The notes under the pieces are model-generated. The model was not told the DNA's origin, made no database searches, and saw only the letters and a program-made list of their open reading frames with translations. From positions 96,001-160,000 of the forward strand of contig CAVSLV010000003.1 of NCBI GenBank assembly GCA_963728915.1: a stretch of DNA of 64,000 bases. The letters are read 5' to 3'. This DNA is from an uncultured Gemmatimonadales bacterium (GTDB lineage Bacteria > Gemmatimonadota > Gemmatimonadetes > Gemmatimonadales > GWC2-71-9). Below, one piece after another: positions 17,843-28,779 of this stretch (position 1 is its first letter; each line of letters starts with the position of its first letter). The position numbers and the translations under genes were made by a program.

Positions 17843-18972
17843 CGGACCGGCGGACTGGCGGACAGGCGGGCTGGCGGATCGTGATGGTCGGCCTCGTGCT
17901 GGTTGCCGCCTGCAAGGGAAAGAGCGAATCCGAAGCGAGCGCCTCGCCGGCCGATTCGAGCGCCGCCGGCGGCTCGACCCTCACTCTGCCGGTGGTCGTG
18001 CAGGAGGTGCGCCGGGGCGACCTGGTGCTCTCGGTCAACACGGTGGGCCAGATCCGCTCCGAAGCGGTGGCCCTCCTCAAGAGCGAGACCCAGGGCACCA
18101 TCATCGAAGTGCCGGTGCATCCCGGCGATCGGGTCCGCAAAGGGCAGCCGATCGTGCGGGTCGATCCCAAACCGCTCGATCTCGCGGTCCAGGAGGCGGC
18201 CGCCCGTCTCGAAGAGGCGCGGCTCAAGTTGCTCGACAACACGGTCCCCGATTCGATCGTCACCGGCAAGGCGATCACCGGCGAGCGGCTCAGGAACGCC
18301 GAGATCCGCGCCGGACTCGAGGCGGCGCGGGTCGAGCTGGAAAAAGCGAAGCTCGAGCGCGAGAAGGCCGACGTGGTCGCGCCGTTCGACGGCGTGATGG
18401 ACGAAGTGAAGGTGTCGCTCGGGGAGCGGCTCAGCACGGGCCAGGAGATCGGCCGGATCGTGGACCCCGATCACCTCCGGATCGACGCCGCGGTGCTGGA
18501 GCACGACCTCCCGCTCATTCGGCTCGGAGGGCAGGCGGTCGTGACCGCGGCCGCGGCGCCGGACGATCCGGTGACCGGCCGGATCACCGCCATTCTTCCG
18601 ATCGTCGATTCGGCCACCCGGGCCGGCCGCGCGGTGATCCGGATCCCCGGGTCCGGCGTGTTACGCCACGGGATGTACGCCGACGTGCGGCTCGAGGCGA
18701 CCCGCCTGCCGGACCGCATCATCGTGCCGTTCAAGGCGGTGATCGAGCGGGACGGCCGACCGCTGGTCTTCGTGGCGAAGGACGGTCGGGCCCAGTGGGT
18801 CTACATCAATCCGGGCCGCAACAATGGCGCCGAGTACGAAGTCCTCCCCGACAGCGCGACCGGCGAGATCCCCCTCAAGCCGGGAGACGAAGTCCTGGTC
18901 GAGGGCCATCTCACCCTGACCCATGATGCCCCGATCCACGTGATCCGGCGCGCCGAGCGGAAAGAGCCCTAG
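17839..18972 (+). CDS. RND efflux periplasmic adaptor (membrane fusion protein)
   Basis: Lipobox LVAAC, GDRVRKGQ, VVAPFDG, LRHGMYA. Confidence 0.92.
   Translation: MTDRRTGGQAGWRIVMVGLVLVAACKGKSESEASASPADSSAAGGSTLTLPVVVQEVRRGDLVLSVNTVGQIRSEAVALLKSETQGTIIEVPVHPGDRVRKGQPIVRVDPKPLDLAVQEAAARLEEARLKLLDNTVPDSIVTGKAITGERLRNAEIRAGLEAARVELEKAKLEREKADVVAPFDGVMDEVKVSLGERLSTGQEIGRIVDPDHLRIDAAVLEHDLPLIRLGGQAVVTAAAAPDDPVTGRITAILPIVDSATRAGRAVIRIPGSGVLRHGMYADVRLEATRLPDRIIVPFKAVIERDGRPLVFVAKDGRAQWVYINPGRNNGAEYEVLPDSATGEIPLKPGDEVLVEGHLTLTHDAPIHVIRRAERKEP
17841..17880 (+). repeat. GGCGGACH octamer tandem array (5 degenerate units)
   Basis: gacggacc ggcggact ggcggaca ggcgggct ggcggatc. Confidence 0.8.
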
Positions 18973-21900
18973 GTGTCGCTCGCCAAGGCCTCGCTCCGGC
19001 GGCCGATCTCCACCGTCGCGGTCGTCCTGGGCATGGTACTGCTCGGCGCCGTTTCCCTGGGGCAGATGCCGGTTTCTCTCCTCCCCGATGTCTCGCTGCC
19101 GGTGCTCACCATTCGGACTTCGTATCCGGGGGCCGCGGCCACCGAGGTCTCCCGGTTCGTGGCGGAGCCGATCGAAGAAGCGGTGGCCGCAACGCCGGGC
19201 CTAGTGGATCTCCGCTCGGTGAGCCGCAACGCGGAGGCGGTGACGACCCTGCGATTCGCGTGGGGCACCGACATGTCCACCACCGTGCTCCAGGTCCGGG
19301 AGCGGCTCGACAACGCGCGCGCCAATCTCCCGGAGCGCGCCGAGCGGCCCACCCTGCTCACCAGCGATCCGGGGGAGCGGCCGATCGCCGTGTTAGCCCT
19401 CTCCGGCAAAGGCGACCTCCGCTCCATCGCGCGGACCGCGATCGAGGTCCATTCCCGGCGGCTGGAGCAGCTCGAGGGCATCGCGAGCGTGGCGGTGGTC
19501 GGCGACCCCCAGGACGAGATCCGGGTCGATGTGAATCCCGAGAAGGCCCGTTCCCTGGGCATCACGCCGCTGGACGTCTCCAATGCGGTCCGGTCGGCCA
19601 ACGCCGGCTCGCCCGGGGGCACGGTCCGGCGGGGCCAGTTCCGGTTCGCGCTCCGGGCCCTCACCGAGTTCCAGGATGTCGGGGAAGTCGAGCGCACTCC
19701 GGTGGGCCCGTCCAAGAGTGGGATCACGCTCGCCGACGTGGGCTCGGTCTCCCTCGGGGTCGCCGATCCTCAGACCCTGGTGCGACTCGACGGCGCCCCG
19801 GCGGTCGGGCTGGTCATCTACAAGGACGCCGGCGCCAACACGGTGTCGGTGACCCGGTCCATCTACGACGCGATCGACCAGCTCACCCGGGAATTCCCCG
19901 GCGTCACGATCCGGGTCGTCGCGGCCCAGGCCCAGTTCGTGACCGATGCCTTGAGCAACCTGGGCCAGGAGATCGTGGTCGGCGGAGCGCTGGCCCTGTT
20001 CATGATCTGGCTCTTCCTGCGCGATTGGCGGGCTTCGTTCGCGATCGGGCTGGTGATTCCTCTCGCGGTCTTCACCGCGATGACGATCCTCCAGGTCGCC
20101 GGCGTCACCATCAATATCCTGTCGCTGGGAGGGCTCGCGCTGGGCACCGGGCTCATGGTCGACAATGCGATCGTGGTGACCGAGGGAACCGGCCGATACA
20201 AATCGGAGGGACTCTCCGATTTCGAGGCCGCGGAGCGGGCGGCGAGCGAGCTCACCGCGCCGCTCATCGCGGGAACCCTCACGTCCATCCTGGTTTTCGG
20301 GCCCATCGTGTTCGTGCAGGGGCTGGCGGCGGCCCTGTTCCGCGATCTCTCGCTCAGCGTCGCGGTCACTCTGACCACTTCCCTGGTCCTGGCGCTCACC
20401 CTCATGCCGGTGTTGATGGTGCGATGGAGGGCGGACCGGCGGACCGGCGGACCGGCGGAACGATCCCCATCCGCCCTCACCAGGTTTGGTCATGCCGCGG
20501 CCGAGCTCTACGAGCGGGGCATGGCCTGGTCGTTGGCCCACCAGAATACCGTCTTCCTGACCGCCCTCGCCGTGGTGGCGCTGACCGTCCTGATCGCGTT
20601 CCGGATTCCGAGGGAAATCCTTCCCCGGGTGGATGAAGGCCTCGCCGTCGCCGAGCTGACGCTGCCCCAGGGCACCGCCATCGAGGAGACGGCGCGCCAG
20701 GCCGGCCGGATCGAAGCGGCGGCGAAGCAGCTCGGCAGTGACGGCATCTACGCCAGGATCGGCAAGGCGACCGACGAAGAAGTCCTGTCGGGGGCCGATC
20801 CGGGGACCAGCGCAACGGCTCAGCTCATCATCCCGGTACCCGGCGGGAAGAGCGGATCCCGTTTCGCCGAGGCGCTCCGCGCCGCGGTTCCGGATCTCGC
20901 GGCGGGCTCCCTGACGCTCGACCTCGCCGGGCAGTCGGAATTCGGCAGCCTCATCGGGCGGGAGGGCCGGGTGGTGCGGGTCGAGGTATCGGCTCCCAGG
21001 CTCGAGGAAGCGGCCCGCTGGGCCGATTCGGTGCGGGGCCGGCTGGCGGGGCTCTCCGAGCTGTCCGATGTCCGGAGCGCGTTCAGCACCACCCAGCCCA
21101 CGGTCGAGGTCACCCTGGAGCGGGAGCGGATCGCCCGGTACGGCCTCACCGTCGACGCGGTGGCCAACGCCCTCGCGGGCGGGTTAGGCGGCGTCGCCTC
21201 GGGCGAGTTCCGGGAGACCGACCGGCGCACCCCGATCACGGTGCGATTCGCCGGGAATGCGAACGAGGACCTCCCCACCGCCCTGGCGACCCCGATCCAC
21301 GGCATCCCGGTGGGCGAGCTCGTGTCGGTGCGGGAGACCCGGGCCCCGGTGGAGGTGGTCCGGATCAATCAGCGCCCGGTCAGCGTGGTGGAGGCGGCGG
21401 TCGAACGGGGAGGCACCGCACGGGCCAGCCGGGATGTGTCTCGCCTGGTGGGGAGCATCGCCACGCCGCCGGGCGTGACCTGGCAGGTCACCGGGGCGGA
21501 TACCGAGCAGCAACGCACCACCCGCCAGCTCATCCTGGTGGGCCTGCTCGCCGCGCTGCTCATGTACCTGGTGCTGGCCGGTGAGTTTGCCTCCTTCTCG
21601 ATTCCGCTGGTGGTCATGATCACGGTCCCGCTCGCCGCGGTGGGTGGCCTGCTCATGCTCTGGATTACGGGGCAGAGCATCAACGTGGTCTCGTTGATTG
21701 GTATCGTGGTGATGATCGGGATCAGCGACAATGACGCGGTCGTCAAGCTCGCCGCGATCCGGCAATTCCGGGACGAAGGGCATCCGCTGGAGGAGGCCGT
21801 GATGCTGGGGGGCCGGCAACGGCTCCGCGCCATCGTGATGACCTCGCTCACCACCGTGGCCGGCGTGCTGCCGCTCATGTTCGGGATCGGGGGAGGTGGG

Positions 21901-22131
21901 GCGCTGTATCGGCCGCTCGCCGCCACGATTATCGGGGGCAGCGTGACCGCGCTCCTGGTGACGTTCTTCCTGCTGCCGGCGGCGTACGTGTGGGTGGAAA
22001 AGAGGGGGTCGGGGAGGTCGGAGAGGTCGGCTGGCAGGCAACTGACCGCAGCGAACTCACGGACCTCTCCGACCTCTCCGACCTCCCCGACCTCTCCGAC
22101 CTCCCCGACCTCTCCCACCTCCCCGCCATGA
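18973..22131 (+). CDS. RND efflux permease 1 (AcrB/MdtB/SwrC-like)
   Basis: LRRPIS, YPGAAATEV, INILSLGGLALGTGLMVDNAIVV, RLRAIVMTSLTT. Ser-Pro-Thr repeat tail. Confidence 0.93.
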   Translation: MSLAKASLRRPISTVAVVLGMVLLGAVSLGQMPVSLLPDVSLPVLTIRTSYPGAAATEVSRFVAEPIEEAVAATPGLVDLRSVSRNAEAVTTLRFAWGTDMSTTVLQVRERLDNARANLPERAERPTLLTSDPGERPIAVLALSGKGDLRSIARTAIEVHSRRLEQLEGIASVAVVGDPQDEIRVDVNPEKARSLGITPLDVSNAVRSANAGSPGGTVRRGQFRFALRALTEFQDVGEVERTPVGPSKSGITLADVGSVSLGVADPQTLVRLDGAPAVGLVIYKDAGANTVSVTRSIYDAIDQLTREFPGVTIRVVAAQAQFVTDALSNLGQEIVVGGALALFMIWLFLRDWRASFAIGLVIPLAVFTAMTILQVAGVTINILSLGGLALGTGLMVDNAIVVTEGTGRYKSEGLSDFEAAERAASELTAPLIAGTLTSILVFGPIVFVQGLAAALFRDLSLSVAVTLTTSLVLALTLMPVLMVRWRADRRTGGPAERSPSALTRFGHAAAELYERGMAWSLAHQNTVFLTALAVVALTVLIAFRIPREILPRVDEGLAVAELTLPQGTAIEETARQAGRIEAAAKQLGSDGIYARIGKATDEEVLSGADPGTSATAQLIIPVPGGKSGSRFAEALRAAVPDLAAGSLTLDLAGQSEFGSLIGREGRVVRVEVSAPRLEEAARWADSVRGRLAGLSELSDVRSAFSTTQPTVEVTLERERIARYGLTVDAVANALAGGLGGVASGEFRETDRRTPITVRFAGNANEDLPTALATPIHGIPVGELVSVRETRAPVEVVRINQRPVSVVEAAVERGGTARASRDVSRLVGSIATPPGVTWQVTGADTEQQRTTRQLILVGLLAALLMYLVLAGEFASFSIPLVVMITVPLAAVGGLLMLWITGQSINVVSLIGIVVMIGISDNDAVVKLAAIRQFRDEGHPLEEAVMLGGRQRLRAIVMTSLTTVAGVLPLMFGIGGGGALYRPLAATIIGGSVTALLVTFFLLPAAYVWVEKRGSGRSERSAGRQLTAANSRTSPTSPTSPTSPTSPTSPTSPP
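20430..20461 (+). repeat. GGCGGACH octamer tandem array (4 units) inside permease 1
   Basis: ggcggacc x3 then ggcggaac; encodes [10 protein letters not shown]. Confidence 0.85.
22002..22124. repeat. 9-bp GACCTCYCC tandem repeat (7 units) with 3 inverted units upstream
   Basis: Forward units at 22062-22124 and reverse-complement units (GGRGRGGTC-like) at 22002-22028. Confidence 0.9.
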
Positions 22132-25100
22132 TCCGCTGGGCCGTTTCCCGTCCCGCCGTGATCTGGGCCGGCGGCGCCGGGCTCATCCTCGCCGGAACGG
22201 TGGCGTTCACCAAGCTCCCCCTCGCCACCAAGACGACGGTCGAGCTTCCCCGCTTGTCGATCACCGCACGCTGGTACGGCGCCTCGGCCGAGCTGCTCGA
22301 GACCTACATCACCTCGCCGATCGAATCCGCGGTCCAGGGAGTCCGCGGGGTGCGCAAGACCAGCAGCACGTCGAGCGATCGCCAGGGAGTGCGGATCACG
22401 GTGGAGCTCGAGCCCACCATGGACGTGCAGCTGGTACGGCTGGCCATTCATGAGCGGCTCGAGCTGCTCCGCAAGGACTTCCCGCCCGGGATCACCGGGC
22501 CGACGGTCACCAACTATCTCCCCGAGGAGCTTCAGGAACAGCCGCTGCTGCACTACAGCATGGCCGGCCCCTATACGCCGGGCACCCTGACGCGGATCGC
22601 CCGGGAACAGATCGAGCCGCGACTCGGCACCGTGCCTGGGGTCGCCACGGTTTCCACCTATGGGAGCGCGGAGACCGGCGTCTCGGTGAGCTACGATCCC
22701 CAGCGCTTGCGGCAGCTCGGCATTCTCCCCGACCAGATCGCCGCGGCGCTGGCCGGGGCGCGGATGGTGCAGGCGCTCGGCGAAGAGCGGGAGGGCGCGA
22801 CCATCCGCAGCGTCGTGCTTCGCGATCAACCGAACGCCTACGAGGACCTCGAGCACTTGCCGATCCGGGCCGCTTCGGGCCGGGTGTTCGAGCTGGGCGA
22901 GATGGCGTCGGTTCGTCCGGAGGAAGACACCCAGGGATACATCTCCCGGCTCAACGGGGTTCCCAACGTCGGGCTCGAAATCACCCGTCAGCCGGGAGCC
23001 GACGCCATCCACACCGCGGGCCGGGTCCGCCGTGCGGTCGAGTCGATCCAGCCGCTCCTGCCCCGGGGCGTGGTGGTCAAGCTCGAGGCCGACGACAGCG
23101 TCGAGCTGGCCAAGCAGCTCAGGAATCTCGCGATCCGAGGGGCCATCGCCTTCGGGGCGGTGTTCCTGATCCTGCTGCTCACCCTCCGGCAGGTCCGCGC
23201 AGTGGGCCTGGTGATGGCGAGCACCGCGGTCGCGATCGCGGGCACCGCCCTGGGCCTCTACCTGCTCCGGATCCCCGCGAACCTGCTCACGCTCGCCGGG
23301 TTAGGAATGGGAATCGGGATCCTGGTGGACAACGGGGTCATCGTGGTGGAACGGCTCCGGCTGGGCGCCAACACCGCCGAGGCGCGCGCTGAAGCCGCGC
23401 GGCGGATTACCCCGGCCATCCTGGGGACCACGCTCACCACCGCGGTCGTGCTGGTTCCCTTCCTGTACCTCCAGGGCAACGCCCGGGCGGCCTTCGTGCC
23501 GTTCGCCGCCGCCTTCACCCTCGCGCTGGGCTGGTCGGTCGTCGCCTCGGTGGTGATGCTGCCGGCGGTCGGCGGCTTCGCGATCAGCAAGGACGCCACC
23601 TGGCCCCGGCTCCATCGGATCTACCTCGCCACCCTCCGCCCCCTGGTCCGCTGGCGCTGGCTGACCATCGGGCTCGCCACCGGGCTGCTGGTCCTGGTCG
23701 CGTGGGGATTCGTGAAGAAGGTGCCCCGCTCGTCGTGGGGGAACTGGTTTGGCCAGCGCACCACCCTGATGGCGGCGCTCACCTTCCCGCGAGGCTCGGA
23801 CCCGGAAAGTCTCGACCGCGCCATCGCCGAGTTCGAGCAGATCGCGGTGGGACGGACCGGGGTGGAGCGGGTCGATGCGCGGGGTCAGGGCAACTTCGCC
23901 CAGGTGGTGGTGGTGTTCACCCGGGAATCGGAGTTCACCGGACTGCCGCTGGTGATGCAGGAAGAGATGACTCAGCGAGCGGTGCTGGTCGGCGGCGCGA
24001 CCGTGAGCGTACAGGGCCAGGGACCGGGGTTCTACAGCGGCTCGGCCGGCAGCGGGGCGAGCTTCCGGATCAAGGTGGTGGGCTACTCGTTCCGGGGGGT
24101 CGAGCAGCTGGCGCTCGATCTCAAGCAGCGACTGGAAACGATCTCCCGGGTGAGAAACGTGGACATCAACAGCGGCGGGTGGGGCGCCGATCGCGCGATC
24201 AGCGTGATGCTCACGCCCGACCGGAACGCCCTTGCCCGCCACGGAGTCACCTCGCGGGACTTCGCGAACGCGGTGGCGCGGGAAATCCGGGGCCCGGTCG
24301 GGGCCCAGCGGCTCGAGCTGGGAGGCGAGGAGACCATTGTCTCCCTCAAGGCCGCGGGAGCCCGGGAGCGCGCCCTGGACGATCTGCGCGCGGCGATGGT
24401 CCCCAACGAGGGAAACTCCCCGGTCCGGGTCGGGGACCTCGCCCTGGTCAGCGAGCAACCCGGCCTCTCCGCGGTGACCCGGGAGGACCAGCAATACGTA
24501 CGCACCGTGTCCTATGATTTTCGGGGACCCCAGAAGCTGGCCACCCGCACCCACGATGCGTTCATGGGCAGCATCACCGCTCCGCCGGGTTATACGGTGA
24601 GCGATTACCAGGTCTCCTGGGACGAGGACGAAAGCTCCAAAGGGCTCTGGCTGGTGTTCGCCATCGGCGTGGCCCTCGTGCTCCTCTCGGTGGCGCTCAT
24701 CTTCGATTCGATCTGGGCTTCGGCGATGGTATTTCTCTCCCTTCCTCTCGCGCTCGCGGGAGTGGGAGGCATCTTCTGGCTCAGCAAGAGCGCATTCACC
24801 CGGGAAGCCGCGGTGGGCGTGATCCTGGTCGTCGGGCTCGCGGTCAACCAGGCGATTCTGCTGGTGGATGCCGCACTGGAAAAAAGGCGGACAGGCGGAC
24901 AGGCGGACCGGCGGACAGGACGATCGCTTACCGTGGAGGACGTGCTCCACGCGGCGTCCGACCGGGCCGGGATGATCATCGTGGTCACCCTGACCACGAT
25001 GGCCAGCCTTATCCCGCTCGCGGTGGGGGCGGCGAACAACAGTCTCTTCGGGGCGATTGCCCTGGCGACGGCGGGTGGGACCATCGCGGGAACGATCGGC

Positions 25101-25160
25101 GCGCTCTGGATCGTGCCGGCGCTGCTCCGGGGCCGGCAGCAAAGGGCGGTGCCGAGCTAG
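22128..25160 (+). CDS. RND efflux permease 2
   Basis: MIRWAVSRP start overlaps the previous stop (ATGA). NLLTLAGLGMGIGILVDNGVIV, about 1010 aa with RND topology. Confidence 0.92.
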   Translation: MIRWAVSRPAVIWAGGAGLILAGTVAFTKLPLATKTTVELPRLSITARWYGASAELLETYITSPIESAVQGVRGVRKTSSTSSDRQGVRITVELEPTMDVQLVRLAIHERLELLRKDFPPGITGPTVTNYLPEELQEQPLLHYSMAGPYTPGTLTRIAREQIEPRLGTVPGVATVSTYGSAETGVSVSYDPQRLRQLGILPDQIAAALAGARMVQALGEEREGATIRSVVLRDQPNAYEDLEHLPIRAASGRVFELGEMASVRPEEDTQGYISRLNGVPNVGLEITRQPGADAIHTAGRVRRAVESIQPLLPRGVVVKLEADDSVELAKQLRNLAIRGAIAFGAVFLILLLTLRQVRAVGLVMASTAVAIAGTALGLYLLRIPANLLTLAGLGMGIGILVDNGVIVVERLRLGANTAEARAEAARRITPAILGTTLTTAVVLVPFLYLQGNARAAFVPFAAAFTLALGWSVVASVVMLPAVGGFAISKDATWPRLHRIYLATLRPLVRWRWLTIGLATGLLVLVAWGFVKKVPRSSWGNWFGQRTTLMAALTFPRGSDPESLDRAIAEFEQIAVGRTGVERVDARGQGNFAQVVVVFTRESEFTGLPLVMQEEMTQRAVLVGGATVSVQGQGPGFYSGSAGSGASFRIKVVGYSFRGVEQLALDLKQRLETISRVRNVDINSGGWGADRAISVMLTPDRNALARHGVTSRDFANAVAREIRGPVGAQRLELGGEETIVSLKAAGARERALDDLRAAMVPNEGNSPVRVGDLALVSEQPGLSAVTREDQQYVRTVSYDFRGPQKLATRTHDAFMGSITAPPGYTVSDYQVSWDEDESSKGLWLVFAIGVALVLLSVALIFDSIWASAMVFLSLPLALAGVGGIFWLSKSAFTREAAVGVILVVGLAVNQAILLVDAALEKRRTGGQADRRTGRSLTVEDVLHAASDRAGMIIVVTLTTMASLIPLAVGAANNSLFGAIALATAGGTIAGTIGALWIVPALLRGRQQRAVPS
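24886..24917 (+). repeat. GGCGGACH octamer tandem array (4 units) inside permease 2
   Basis: ggcggaca ggcggaca ggcggacc ggcggaca; encodes RRTGGQADRRT. Confidence 0.85.
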
Positions 25161-27544
25161 CGACGGACTCCCATTCTTCGCTGCAATTCCGACCAGCGGG
25201 GATCCTGGTGGAGTGGAACAAACATCGGCTCGACCAGGGCCATCGGCATGGTGAAAGCCCGCTCCTCGACCGCTCGGCTCAGTTCGCCAAATGCCTCATC
25301 GGTTCGCCCCAGGGCCGTCAGAATCGCCGCGACTCCATCGGCGGCCACATATCGATGTCGTCGCAGCGCCTCAAGTGCGTCCAGAGCGTGGCGGGCCTCG
25401 GCCGGCTTTCCGCACATCGCCAGGACCACGCCCGGTTCTCCGCTCTCATAGGATCCCAGGTTCGCCTCCACCGGCACGGCGATCGCCACGGCCTCGGCGC
25501 ATCGCCCCAACGTTGCGAGGGACAACGCCAACCCGGCCCTCGCCACCGCGAGCGTGCTGTCCAGCTCAAGGGCGTGACGGTAGGCGGGGATGGCGGCGCT
25601 GTCCCGACCGGCGAAGTGGAGCATGGTGCCCAACCGGGCATTGACGATGAGCGAGAGGGGGTCGAGCGTGCGCGCCATTTCGATGGCGGCGAGCGATTGC
25701 GGAGTCCGGCCGGTGGCGGCCAGCAGCCACGACTTGAACAGATAGGCCGGCACGTAATTGGGGTTGAGCTGGATGGCCCGGTCGTATTGGCGTTCCGCCC
25801 CCGCGATGTCCCAGTCGAGCCAGAAACCGATGAACCCGAGAGAGGTGTGGACTTCGGCGAGGCTGGAGTCGAGCGCCATGGCCCGGAGGGCTGCGCTTCG
25901 AGCCCGGTCGCGCCCGATGCTGGGCGTCATCCCACCAAACGGGACCAGGAGGGCATAGGCATCGGCCAGCCCGGCGTAGGCCTGGGCGTAGGTGGAGTCC
26001 CGCGCCAGGGCGCCCTCAAACGCTTCGATCGCCTTGTGCCCGGCGGTCTCGGTGCGCTGGGCCAGGAAGAAGCGGCCCCGCAGGTATCGATCGTGGGCCT
26101 CCTGGTCCCGGGTCCCTCGCTCCACCAGGGAGGCGCCGGCCCTCGCTCCCGCCAGGGTGACCTTGAGCGCCTCGGCGATGGCCCGTGCGATGGTATCCTG
26201 CACCGCGAAGACATCCCGCAGCTCGCTCTGATAGTCGCCGCTCCATAACTGGGCATCCCGCGCCACGTCCACCAGGCGGGCGGTGACCCTAACCCGCTGG
26301 CCCATGTGCTGGACCGTGGCTTCCAGGATCGCCCCCACGTCGAGGTGCCGGCCGATTTCCTTGAGATCGGTGGTCGCCGCCCGGGCCGCAAAGGACGAGG
26401 TCCTCGAGGAGACCCGGAGGCCGCTCAGTTTTCCCAGGGCGTTGATCAGCTCTTCCGCCAGGCCCTGACTGAAATAGTCGCTGGTGGAATCGCCCCCGAT
26501 GTTCTGGAACGGCATCACCGCGAGGGAACGGATCACGGCCGGGCCGGCCGGCGCGGGCGGGGGCAGGGCCGACCGGGTTCCGCCGCGGAGCAGGAGGAGG
26601 AGCCCCACGCCCAGGATCGCGGCGCCACCGAGCAGGGACCCCATAACCCGCGCGCGCCGGCCGGCGTGCCGACTCCCTCGCAGGCTCTCTCCGATGGCCT
26701 GGAGCGCGTCTCGCACTTCCTCGCCCGAGGCGGGGCGCGCCGCCGGATCGACGGCGAGGAGCCGGGCGATCAGGGTCGCAAGCGCCGGGGGACAATCGGG
26801 CCGCGCGCGCGTCGCCGGGGCCGGGGTCCGGGAGAGCTGCGCGGCCACCAGCGCCGGAGGGGTCAGCGCGCCGAAGGGCGGCTGCCCGGTGATCAGTTCG
26901 TAGCCCACCACGCCGAGCGCGTAGAGGTCCACCCGATGATTCACGCCGGGGTCTCCCACCGCCTGTTCCGGCGCCATGTAGGCCGGCGTTCCGATCACCA
27001 TTCCGACGCCGGTGACCTGGGACCCGGCTCCCGGCGCTCCGGCGCCGGTGGCCAGATCGAGCGCCTTGGCGACTCCGAAGTCCGCCACCACCGCGTGGCC
27101 GTCCTGCATCAGGAGGTTTTCCGGCTTGATGTCGCGGTGGATCACTCCCTGGCGGTGCGCGTAGGCCAGCGCGTCGGCGATTTCGGTCAGCAGTCGCACG
27201 GTCTCGTCGATCGGGAGGGGACCTTCCCGGGCGAGCCGGGCCCGGAGGGATTCGCCTTCGACGAAGGGCATGGTGAAGTAGGGAAGCTCCCCCACATGAC
27301 CGGCGGTGAGGAGCGGAACGATGTGGGGGTGCTGGCAGCGAGCGCAGAGGGACATCTCCCGCTCGAAGCGATCGGTGCTGGTGCTCGCGGCGATTTCCGG
27401 CCGGAGCACCTTGACCACCACCCGGCGACTGAGGCGGGACTCGGTGGCCAGGAAGACCCGCGCCATCCCGCCGCCGCCGAGCTCCCGCTCCACGCTATAG
27501 CCCGAGCCGAGGGTAGTTTGGACCTGTTCCTGGAGGTCGGGCAT
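25157..27544 (-). CDS. Hanks-type Ser/Thr kinase - TM - TolB-like N domain - TPR repeats
   Basis: [35 protein letters not shown]. Then a TM segment, SLAVMPFQN...[12 protein letters not shown], and TPR-like helices. Confidence 0.93.
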   Translation of the reverse strand: MPDLQEQVQTTLGSGYSVERELGGGGMARVFLATESRLSRRVVVKVLRPEIAASTSTDRFEREMSLCARCQHPHIVPLLTAGHVGELPYFTMPFVEGESLRARLAREGPLPIDETVRLLTEIADALAYAHRQGVIHRDIKPENLLMQDGHAVVADFGVAKALDLATGAGAPGAGSQVTGVGMVIGTPAYMAPEQAVGDPGVNHRVDLYALGVVGYELITGQPPFGALTPPALVAAQLSRTPAPATRARPDCPPALATLIARLLAVDPAARPASGEEVRDALQAIGESLRGSRHAGRRARVMGSLLGGAAILGVGLLLLLRGGTRSALPPPAPAGPAVIRSLAVMPFQNIGGDSTSDYFSQGLAEELINALGKLSGLRVSSRTSSFAARAATTDLKEIGRHLDVGAILEATVQHMGQRVRVTARLVDVARDAQLWSGDYQSELRDVFAVQDTIARAIAEALKVTLAGARAGASLVERGTRDQEAHDRYLRGRFFLAQRTETAGHKAIEAFEGALARDSTYAQAYAGLADAYALLVPFGGMTPSIGRDRARSAALRAMALDSSLAEVHTSLGFIGFWLDWDIAGAERQYDRAIQLNPNYVPAYLFKSWLLAATGRTPQSLAAIEMARTLDPLSLIVNARLGTMLHFAGRDSAAIPAYRHALELDSTLAVARAGLALSLATLGRCAEAVAIAVPVEANLGSYESGEPGVVLAMCGKPAEARHALDALEALRRHRYVAADGVAAILTALGRTDEAFGELSRAVEERAFTMPMALVEPMFVPLHQDPRWSELQRRMGVRR

Positions 27545-27752
27545 GGCTTGAGGCTAGGCTTTCCCCGGCCCCGGCACAAGCTCCGATCGCAGGGAACCAG
27601 GGGTGCTCCTCCCTCTGGCATCGGCCATGCTCCGGGGACCCGGGGGGCAGTCCTGCGCGGGGGGTCTGTCTCCCGGCGGGGACAACCCGGCCCAGGAAAA
27701 CGGCGGGCCGTTTCGATTCGAGGACAGTTAACCCGGCCAACCCGGAGGGGTC

Positions 27753-28769
27753 ATGCGAGTCGCTGGCCTCGGAACCCTGCTGCTCTGGGTTCCGTCGTTC
27801 GTTTCCGCCCAACAGGTCCAGGTGGTTCGTGGCACGGTGGGTGACCCGGGAGGTTCTCCGCTCGCGGGGGCCGATGTTCTGCTCGACGCCAGGATCACCA
27901 GCACCAACGCCCAGGGAGCGTTCCGGTTCGACAGCGTGGCCCCGGGAAGCCACTACGTGACGGTCCGGTTCGCGGGTTATGTCCCCATCCGGACCCGGAT
28001 CGAGGTCGACGCCCGCACACCGACCGAGCTCCAGTTTCGCCTGACCCGCGCCCCGTTCCTGCTTCCGCCGGTGATCACCACCCTGAGCCGCCGGGGGATC
28101 TACGGAAACATCGGAGACACCGCCCATCGTCCGCTTCGGGGAGTCCGGGTCGATGTGGCGGGCGTCAACGGCGGGGTGGTCCTGACCGACAGTCTGGGGG
28201 GCTTCGCGTTTCCCTCGGCGGACCGGGGCACGTATCTCCTCCGGTTCACGCGTCCGGGGTATGCGGAGCGACGCCTCGTGCTGGACCTCAAGCCGGGTGA
28301 AGGCCGCCAGGTCATGCTGGAGCTCTCGCCGTCCAGCGCCAGGCCGTCCCGGGCCGACGATCAGGCATTCGAGTCGCTCCACCAGCGGCTGGCCTTCGGA
28401 TTACATCGAGAGCGCATGACCGGGAGCGAGCTGGCACGCTACGGCCACGGTGGGCTGTGCGACGTGCCCCGAATGGCGGTGGAGCTGGGGGGAATCCAGG
28501 CGTCGACGACGGTGATCCTGAATGGCGTGGACGTCCTGCTCGACTTCCCGGTCAGTGCCCTCTGCACCTGGCGGGCCGACGAGGTGAGCCTAGTCGAGTT
28601 CGGCAAGGACATCTGCGCCGATGTGACCCACACCGCCGGGGACGCGCTCGCCGTCCCTCCGTGGTGTGCGTTCCGGAGCCGCAACGTCACCCGGAGCGCC
28701 TCCGGAGCGACGTCGATCCGGGCCCAGGGTGGCGGCACCAGTTACGTCATCATCTGGGAGAAAAGGTAG
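27753..28769 (+). CDS. Secreted protein with two carboxypeptidase-regulatory-like (Ig-like) domains
   Basis: Signal peptide, then GTVGDPGGSPLAGADV...TNAQGAFRF...GY and a second copy GNIGDTAHRPLRGVRV...TDSLGGFAF...PGY. Confidence 0.8.
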   Translation: MRVAGLGTLLLWVPSFVSAQQVQVVRGTVGDPGGSPLAGADVLLDARITSTNAQGAFRFDSVAPGSHYVTVRFAGYVPIRTRIEVDARTPTELQFRLTRAPFLLPPVITTLSRRGIYGNIGDTAHRPLRGVRVDVAGVNGGVVLTDSLGGFAFPSADRGTYLLRFTRPGYAERRLVLDLKPGEGRQVMLELSPSSARPSRADDQAFESLHQRLAFGLHRERMTGSELARYGHGGLCDVPRMAVELGGIQASTTVILNGVDVLLDFPVSALCTWRADEVSLVEFGKDICADVTHTAGDALAVPPWCAFRSRNVTRSASGATSIRAQGGGTSYVIIWEKR

Positions 28770-28779
28770 AACCACCTCA

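Noticed and set aside
22062..22124. Short repeats considered as a possible CRISPR array
   Set aside because: The units are 8-9 bp and contiguous, with no spacers and no cas genes.
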